A stretch of 64,000 nt of DNA from Sporopachydermia quercuum (lineage: Eukaryota): contig BCGN01000001.1 of the NCBI GenBank assembly GCA_001599295.1, positions 1,550,001 to 1,614,000 of the forward strand, in the 5' to 3' direction. The notes under the pieces are model-generated. The model did not search any database. It was given only the letters and a program-made list of their open reading frames with translations, and was not told where the DNA came from. Position 1 is the stretch's first letter; each line of letters begins with the position of its first letter. Below, piece by piece: positions 48,731 to 58,261 of the stretch. Both the position numbers and the translations under genes were made by a program.

Positions 48731-50847
48731 CTTCTTCGATACTTCAAATCAAATAAAAGGGTAAAGCAATGTGTATTATAGACTGTTAGACAAGTNGTTC
48801 ACTTAACGTATTCTTGCTAGTCGCTATGATGGTTGAATAGTGTTATGTTGACAATAGTTGATGCTATCAAATGTTGAAATTTCAAAAGAAGAGTTGAATA
48901 GTTTGCCTCATTAATAAGGGAAATCTTATGAAAGTAATTCTCCGTTAAATGGCCAATAGGGAAGAATTAGACTTAAAGTTCGAATATAATCTGAATTGAG
49001 TTTGGGGTAATTGTGTAAAACACGGAAATAATGATGAAAACGGAAATGAAAAGGGGGTAATTGGAAATATAATAGCGGAGATTATATTACCTTCCTTAAG
49101 AGTGAACCGATAGTGCTTGGTGAGAATAAATAGGGAGTTGAGGATTAATTATATATAATTGTTGATAAATTGAATCTATTGGTTTGATTTGTTTATGTAA
49201 TAGAATAGATGAGTTGCTTGGATTGTAAATAAGGGGGGTAATTCCCGGTGAAGGATGCTGCTTTATATAGAATGTGATACGAGGCTTTTAAGGCAATGCG
49301 CATGGTGGAGAAACAATTGCAGGCATGAATAGATTTTCTTGGTAATTTTATAATAATTAAATGATGAAATAGCTTGTAACTGTGAAAAAAATAATGAAAA
49401 CTAGAGAAACTATTTGGATCATTATTATTTAGCTATAGAAGTCATAATATCATGCATTCTTAGTGAATGATCAATAGATGATCAGTATGTTAATGTTATA
49501 CTGAAAGATATGGCTACTACAAATTGATCCATATTTGATTACTATTCGTTGTCATACTCAAATGCTTTAACCCTGGCAATAATCGTGTCAAAGAAGAGTT
49601 ATTCGCAATAAGGCTATTAATTCCCCACATTTTCCTTTCGAATCTTTCTGATTAAAACGAATGAACATTGCCAATAATAAACGAGCAAATAGAGTACCCA
49701 TTCTGACTAAGCATTATATCACAAGGCTAATAACAACTGCGTTTTCTGGCAGGTGCCGGCATTAGTACTGCATAAAATAATTCATCTAGACGACGAGAAG
49801 CCGTCAAAATGGATAGCAATATGGGGATCAATTGTTGAGATAATATGCGTTTGAATTAACTAATTAACGATAATGATGAGATTTATTTGCTTTTAGTTGA
49901 TTGACCTGACTGATTTTAATGTAGTAGTTCATGTCAAAGTCTGAGATGGGAAACACTGGTGAAACTGTTCCTGCGTATGTCCTGTTGGTTACGTCATGTC
50001 CACAATACAGTCTATCAATTGAAAATATGGGAAACAATGTGCCTTGTACGACCCAGTGGTTGGTCAGCCCTGGAATGTCGGCATTAGAACTAAGAAAGTG
50101 AAAGCTGATAAGATTTGGCAATTTCATTGCATTATTTATTAATTGTGTCATTGGTTCAAATGATTGGATATTGAATCATTTTGGTGCTCTTCGCTGGAAG
50201 TATNTGTCGCATAAGGGAAGAGACGTCATCAAGTAACACCGGCTGAGACCAATTTTCAAATATTGCCAGCTGATAAATCATCTCAGAGTGTTATCAACCT
50301 GAAATAATTAATTCATGTTTCGTGATACTTATTCTTAGTGAACTTATTCGAACATGAAGAACACCTTATCCATTTTTCTTATCTATCTGTTCCTATCATT
50401 AGGTGTATGTCTCCATAGAGATGACCGAAGATACTAGCACTAACATATACTGTCAAACATCCTTATCTACATCAACAATTATGTTTCAAACATCAAGTAG
50501 CTCCGTAATGATAAGTTTCTTATTATCACCTTATATCAAATCATACTTTCAATACTTTTAATGCATCTGATTATCACATGATCATCGTCTTTCTGTTATC
50601 TAAATGAGGATACCTGTTTTGGGACAATCTCATCTTCCCCATCTTTATTCGTTTTTTAGCGACGAACCCCTATTTTAAGACGAAAATTGGCCATAACAAA
50701 AATCAAATGGAACAAAGTCTCTCTCTTTATGTTGATGATCACTCACTAGTCAATACGGTTTTGAACGTGTATAACTATGAAAATATATGTCAAAGAGTAA
50801 ATGGATAGATTAGTTTTGTATATTTGGGTATATTTAGGTTATTAATT

Positions 50848-51957
50848 ATGTCTTCACCGCTTACCTCGAAGAGTATTCTTAACCAAGTTAAGAAGATCAT
50901 CCCTCCTTTATTACCGAAGTTCCATAAAGGACAAGCTGGTCGAATAGCTGTTATTGGGGGATGTCAAGAGTAAGTACATTTTTCACTATCTAGAACGTTG
51001 TTTGAGAAGAAAAAAAGCGTCGCTCTCTAACATTATTTTGTAATTAGCTATACTGGAGCACCCTTCTTTGCTGCATCAGCAGCAGCTCTTCTAGGTGCTG
51101 ATATGGCTCATATTATTTGCGATCAAGCTGCCGGTACAGTGATCAAAACATATTCACCAGATATAATGGTACATCCTTATTTATTCGAGAGAAGTACTAT
51201 TCCTGATAAATATAATGATACCAATGATAGTTATGTTGTTGAAACAATCATTATGCCAAAGGTTGGCCCTTTCCTTGACAGGGTTCATGCTATTGTCTTA
51301 GGCCCAGGTTTAGGTAGAGATGACTTAATGCTACTTACAGCAGAAGCAATCATTAATAAGGTGAAAGAGAAAAAAATGCCAATAGTGATTGATGCAGATG
51401 GTTTATATTTGATTACGAAAAAGCCAGAATTAGTTAAAGGATATGAGAACTGTATTCTAACTCCAAATGTAGTGGAATTTTCAAGGCTAATTAAAGGGTT
51501 AGGATTGAAAGGAGATGCATCTATTGAAGATGCTGCTAATGAATTACAAGGAGTAACAATTATTCAAAAAGGTTTAGTTGATAAAATATCAAATGGTAAA
51601 CAAACAATTTCTAACGATTTACGGGGAGGATTGAAAAGATGCGGTGGCCAAGGAGATACGCTGTCAGGCACTCTCGTTACATTTCTAGCATGGAAAGTTG
51701 CTTATCAGAATAAATTGTGGGATACTGAAGAACTCAAGAATGACGGTAAAAATGAAGTTATTCATGATAGTGAGGATAAATCCTTGAATTTATTAGCAGC
51801 ATTTGGTGCTTCGAGTATCACCAGGTACTGTTCGAGAGCTGCTTTCAAAGTAAAAGGTAGATCAATGCAGGCAAGTGACTTAGATGATTATATTCAAGAG
51901 GCATATGAGGTTTTATTTGATAATAAACGTAAAGCCGAAGATGAAGAAAAGCTTTGA
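50848..51957 (+). CDS. NNR2: ATP-dependent (S)-NAD(P)H-hydrate dehydratase; exons 50848-50969 and 51048-51957
   Basis: [23 protein letters not shown] restored by intron 50970-51047; [30 protein letters not shown]; divergent from MCR1 as YKL151C/YKL150W. Confidence 0.93.
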
Positions 51958-54527
51958 TTGACAACTTGCGATTAGCAAAAGAAACAAAGACTAATGACGT
52001 TTTCATCATAAATCTACATCTTGACACACATTCACGACTGAGAATAATAGTGTGGTGATAGAATTTATGCTTATTACTAACTGCACTTTGTTCAAAATGT
52101 TTTATAAAACCGAACTCAGCTTAGTTAGATATAATTTGCTGATAATTTGGTTTCTATTGCATGTATGGCCTGAATCCATACTGGCTACAACCGATGTTTC
52201 ATATAGACAATGGACTACTTGTCAGTTCTTATGGTAAGCTGTGAACTAAGACCATCAGTATTTTATCGCGCTTTATAAGATTAATCATATGATCATTATT
52301 ACTTTATTCATGAAATTTTATGTGGCCTATTTTGGATGAAGGAAGTTTTGGTATCTGTTTACGAATGAGTAGGATGATTACCTGATTTTTAGTTTACGTT
52401 GGTGGGTTAGAAAATTCAATGGGTTGATTAACATATATGAAGGATTCATGGTTGTCTGTCCAATCTGGTAATAATCGATTATGTGATGATTTCAATTATG
52501 TTGTCGAGTTAGTGATGTTTTACCCTAATAAATGCATCTGGTCTATTCGATGCCTAGTTTTANAACCTTTGATGATCTGATTTACTGAGATTTAGCATAA
52601 TCGGATTGATTATTACGTTTCTTGACACCTTTTTNTTAGTCAATAGCTTTATTTGATGATTTATGTATTCTAGATCTAGTAATTCTGCACAATTTTATTT
52701 ATTCTACCCTACTTTCATTTTAGAATCAATTTCTATATTTTTCAGGAAAAATGATGAGTTGCTCTNTAGATTGGAAAAGTATATAAATAAAGTGCACCTC
52801 TCTCCTCCAAATGTTTCTTTGAANCTATAATATCTTTTAGTTTCTCGTAGGGAGGATTAGCAGATATATTTTTCTTTCTTCTTTTCAGCATTATCTTTCC
52901 ACTTGTTGTGACATATTAGTGGGACGAGAATTAATTTCCAGTATGTCCCTACCATAAATAAAAGAATGTTAAAACAGAACTGGATGCTGTTGATTATTGG
53001 ATTATTGGTATTTGATTCANCCTGTTACCCCTTATTGTCAACTCTGCAGATCAACGGTTCAATAAGTGGAAATTTGGTAAACAGGAGTTTTTCAGAAAAC
53101 TCACTAGGTTGCTAGCCAGATTTGCAAGTGGTGTGGTGATCATCATCATAGCCATAGCAACACCTGCTTCCAACTCGATTGTTTCAAAGAAGCATTTCCA
53201 TGTTCAATCACNCATCAAATCGTACCACATTATACCATACCTATTTCCTTTTTAGANCTTTTACCTAGTTGCAAGATTATTGTTGGATTGACTAACANTT
53301 TGAAATATTCAATTGGATGTTAAAGTGATCCGATCTGGTCATCTCAGAATTGAATCAAGAGAAATACTATGNAGCATTAGGGTGATTTTTTCCTTATGAT
53401 GAGGTTCACTTTCCCTTTTAAGAAGAAATAGAGTGAACAAAAGGTCTAAACTATATGCATGTACTCAGAAGTACAAACTCTAAACTAAACATGTACATAG
53501 AAAGTAAATTTTGAAGGTTTGAGAAGACGTAGTTTGGGATGTGGTAGAACATCATTTTCTGTGGGAAGAATCAGTCCACTAGGTTACATTCACACCTTAT
53601 GAAACTCTAAATAAGAATGCGATCATTTCCAAACTTTAAGTCATGAGACTTAATTAAATGATTTGACCATTATAATAATTCTCAAACTATTTACCATTTT
53701 ATGGGGAAGAATAATTATAAAATTTCATTAAGGGGAACTATTGTCAGATGATTTAATTGAGAAATGTAGTATGNAAGAAATCACACTTGTATATTGAGGA
53801 AGATTGNTNTCAAACCCGTAGCCAAATTAATTATGAGAAGTCTCCAGTAGAGATGCAGAACTGGCAAACATAATTCCATAGGTAAATACTTCCAATTGTA
53901 GAAGTAATTGATAAGGCATNCTGGGCTTGTATTTGTAGAATGAAATTACGTAGTATGTGGGCCAGTTCTGATTATCAAGTTTCCAGGGTTGTTAATCGTC
54001 ATATGAATCAATAACTGTAGGAGCAACCATATCATGTTTCGTTTAATTGCTGGAAAACGAGCAAGAATCTCCAGCAAATTAGTTCATTTATTTTCAGCGT
54101 CTCTCTCATTCATCAATAAGTTTTTCTGGTAAACACTCAAAATAGTTCATAATTCTTGCTATTGATAATTCAAATATCATTCAATAAAACCATCAAAGTT
54201 TACAATGGCCTCGCTAAATGACTTGAAGTTTAGATTTAAGTTCAGATTAAAACTATATTCTTAAACTTAAATGTGGTCTTTTTTTTTTTAAACAACCAGA
54301 GTAACAACTGGGTCAAATAATCTGCTTCATAGTATAAAAAGATATAGAATTCCTGTTTTTGTTCCAATCTTTTAGTATTGCTATGTCTTGTATTCTCTTT
54401 CGAATTATCACCAAACAAAAAAATAGCATTAAGATCAATTGTGGGTTTTACAAGCATACGAACTACTGCAGAACAACCAAACACTGGTTAAGAACTGGAA
54501 ACTNCAATTACATAATCACTATTCAAA

Positions 54528-54716
54528 ATGAACCCAACCTTTTTGAGAATGGCCACTGCTGCTGCTTCCAAGCAGACATTCAGAGCTTCTGAAGGTAGAA
54601 TTGCCTCAGAATTCAAGAGAGTCGCTCCAACCATGTTGCAATGGGGTACCTTCATGACCTGTTTCTTTGGATGGCCTTATGTGGTCTACTCCTATAACTA
54701 CAACAAGACCCATTAA
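54528..54716 (+). CDS. COX26: Small mitochondrial membrane protein, Cox26-like supercomplex subunit
   Basis: 62 aa; basic presequence, GRI..E.KR..P...QW......GWP..VY pattern as recalled for Cox26; optimal codons; AAAATG context; TATAAAA near 54334. Confidence 0.72.
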   Translation: MNPTFLRMATAAASKQTFRASEGRIASEFKRVAPTMLQWGTFMTCFFGWPYVVYSYNYNKTH

Positions 54717-55872
54717 ATGTTACATTCGATGCCAAAATGGCTCATAAGACACATACTTAATGAAGGAGAAGACAAAGAAAGAAAGAAAAATTGGTTCAAA
54801 AGAAAATGGCTTGGAAAAGATTGATTCTTTTGGGTTGTTTTGCACCATGATTTTTATCTATATTCATGATTGGTTTTAATGACGGTTTTATATTTAATGC
54901 ATTTATATATTATATTATACTCACATTTCAGGTTGTAAGACGGTAAAGCGGATATTCATTTGACTAGAAGCTTCAGATAAGTTGATAAGATCGGTTCAGC
55001 CCCAAATATAAGAAATGGGGCGGCGAATAAGCTAGTCAAAAGTAGCATTTTAAGTAGAATGGGATCACTTATCGCACAGGTTCCCCGGATGTTGACACCA
55101 AATGGCTTCGTTTCCTATTGATAATATTGTCCAAACGTTCGGGTATGTAGAAGTCAACTATAATGTGGACATCTTTGAATATCACATCGCAAAATATTTC
55201 CAACTGATTGCTTTTTCAACTCTCAGCTCTTCCATCTTCCCTTCTGCATCTTCCGTTCTTTGTCTTTTATTATCCACCTTTATTATGTCAAACGTGGACT
55301 TTGAATTGAAAGTTTCTGAGCTATGAAACTAAATATTACACAACTTCCCATGAATCCAAGAAGGTTGAAAAACTAGAAANAAGAATTGAGTTAATAAATC
55401 ATATTATCTAAATCATTTTTAATACATTGATCTATGCATTTATCAACTTATTATGATGATTCCTGTCTTTTTGGACTTACTGCTCTTCTACTGTATTTCC
55501 TTTCTTCTTCTTCAGTCCTGAATGAAGCGAATATTCTCCTTAAATTCGGTATCTGCATTTTTTCTAGTTGTCAGCTTGATTCTCATTAATTGCCTTCTCA
55601 ATCAGCTGATAAGAGTTGCGATCATTTTATTTCAGCATTTATTCGATTCATTTACAGGGANCGAACCTGCTATTCTCATCTTGGTTATTGTGTTGAAGAA
55701 AGGAAGACGAATGTGATGTTCACTCAGTACTTGGGAGAATTTGCTGTTCAGGATCACGTGACCTAATAGGCCTTCAATATAAGAATGAGCCTGATCATCA
55801 ATTAACTATTCAGCATACGCGNTCACAGAACAATCAATTTATAAACAAAAAAAAATTAAGGATTGATAAAAA

Positions 55873-56185
55873 TTACTCTGTAAATGTTGATCGGTATCGA
55901 GTGCTGAGTAAATAATCTCAGTCCACGCATTGCACTTAAGAGATCTTAGTGCAAGAAGAAAGGCACTAAGTCCAATTTCCCGCAAGGAACTTCCATAAAC
56001 TGATAGCAGTTTGAAATTTCTGATGTCCCTGCCCAGCGTTTCCACGCTTGGAAGCTCTCAAGAGCAAACTCTCGTGATGAGAATTACAACTAGGGAAAAG
56101 TGTATCACCGAATTTCCCACCCAGGGTTTATTACCTCGATGAGGTCCTTTCGTGTCCGGGTATGCGTGAATCATCGCAGAGTAAC
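55873..56185 (-). ncRNA. RPR1: Nuclear RNase P RNA
   Basis: All five conserved regions in order on the minus strand: GGGAAATTCGGTG (56118-56106), ATCAGAAAT, ATGGAA, AAGTGCAATGCGTGGAC, ACTCGATACCGAT (55902-55890); P1 TTACTCTG/CAGAGTAA; T5 Pol III terminator at 55872-55868. Confidence 0.95.
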
Positions 56186-58261
56186 AATTGATGACATCTT
56201 TTAGCCATTTAGACAAAAGTTGCAACATTTGTTAACTTTATTTCACAAACTAATCTGTGATCAATAATTACTTTATAAGAATAAACTAGATATTGATCAG
56301 GTTAGAAAATATAGGGGTAAAAGGATCTGAGTGTTTTGACTTCTCGTTTGCTGGCGCTTAATGAAAGTTCAATCTATATTAAGTACTCTTGGAAAAAATT
56401 TGGATATATAAATACCACGGTTTCGTGATGTTACCTCTATTGATACTACCATAAAGTAATGAGTGATTCATATTATTCTTTATTCCTAGTGGCCGGATTC
56501 CCTTGTTCCCTATGTCCCTGAAATTCATTCAATTAAAAACAAAAGAGGAAATTATTACTTTCAAGCTATTATTGTTATGAAACTACTATTATGCCTTCTC
56601 TTCCTTTACATTCTCTACAGTCAGAAGTGTAAATATACATTTCGGTCAACACCGGATTTCCGATGAAGATGAAGCAAACTGTGTGTGCTTCAAAATTGAG
56701 TGTTTTAACACAAATTGCCGTTCGTTTTTTCAATAACTTTTATGCTTGGATAATTTTTGGCCCGATAAATTATATCTAGATATTTCAACACTTTTCTTNC
56801 TTGTTATTTAATTGTTTAATGTAATAATAGCCATCAAATCAAAGCTTCAATATGAATCTCTTCGGTTTTTTTTTTTTGGTTTACTTAAAGTTTAGATATG
56901 TGAACTTTATCCAACTTTTTCCTCTTCGTAAATTCGATAAGAACCTTCCTATTTGATAAGAAAGATGTGGGTTGCAGTCAATTTTGCAATAAAACTATCC
57001 AAATTGGTATATAAATAATCCACAATTTTAGTAAGTGAAAACAATTTTTATCCCTGTAAAGAGTTTCAAAGCTTAAATAGTAGTGAAGAGAAGTAGAAAG
57101 GGAATAGATGGAGGTTAAAGGTAACGTGAAAACACAGCAGTAACATAACTCATCTCAACATTGCATATTGACACTACTGATATTCATCATTTGATTACTA
57201 GGTAATTATATAGCTACTGCATTTTCTTATTATTGGTAGGTTGTTATTAGTTCAATGTTAAATTATTATGCATATTAGTTCTCTTCAGCTGTAACATTTG
57301 GAGTGTATCGATGCTCGGAGACTTCCCATAATGATGTACACCAGACATAGAGAAACTATGTATATGTCCGTCCAATAAATCCATACTAAAGAGTGTATAC
57401 TCAAGCGTGCTGCAAACAAATTATAGTACTTCATAATATTTTCACTCTAAGAAGATACATCATTATCAGTAGTTTATCGCATGAAGTAATACAATCAGCG
57501 CATGGATCTAAGCAAGGTTCCCAAATCATCGCTTCTGAGCCTCTCCTTCATTCCCATCTTTACAAAAGACTTGAAGACTGTGTTAAAACTTACAAAACCT
57601 GGAACTTCTTTGATATAAACTCTTAAATTTACTCTCATCTAAACTAACCATAAGTTTAATTAAGTACTTATTAGTTCTAACACCATATCATTGCCTCCAA
57701 TTAAGAATTGAACGGAGGTTTATATAACTTCTCTTATCCTTCATAAAAACTTAATTTACTATGTTCTCTCCTATCATATTATCTTAAGGTTAGAATCTTA
57801 ATTTAATGTTATACTATTTATGGTATTTATACACCTTAAATCGTCCTTTCTCGAAGTTTAAAATAGGCGTACCTCATAAGAACTTCTTTGGCATCCAAGT
57901 TACCTACTTTTCTTTTACTCCTTCACCTTTCTTTTCTCTCTCTTTCTTTCTTTTTCAAAATANCAAAATGATCGCAATATGCTATCAAGTTAGATTCTGG
58001 CGTTCTACTTTATTTTTCTGGTGAATTGAATGGGTTAGAATTATTAAACTGGTAATATAGTTCGAGTACATTTGATGTTTCCGAGTACTTGAGTGATTGA
58101 CTGTCCACCTACCATAAGTCTCTCGTTAACTGGATAAGAGAATATTGATAGTCATTACGACTTGCATTCTGCGGAAGCAGATAAAGAAATTTTATAAACA
58201 ATTATAGAGGTAATTTATTTTACTGTAGAACGACAGCAATTTGGAAGCATATAAATCAACA

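Noticed and set aside
52930..53330. Intron-containing U3 snoRNA (GTATGT...GACTAAC)
   Set aside because: Flanks lack the U3 GAC/box A' and box A sequences
55752..55870. CDEI-like TCACGTG as a point centromere
   Set aside because: No very AT-rich CDEII or CDEIII follows; RPR1 occupies the downstream sequence
55927..55940. CATTGCAC resembling the U1 snRNA loop II
   Set aside because: It is the reverse complement of RNase P CR-IV, and no ATACTTACC U1 5' end is present
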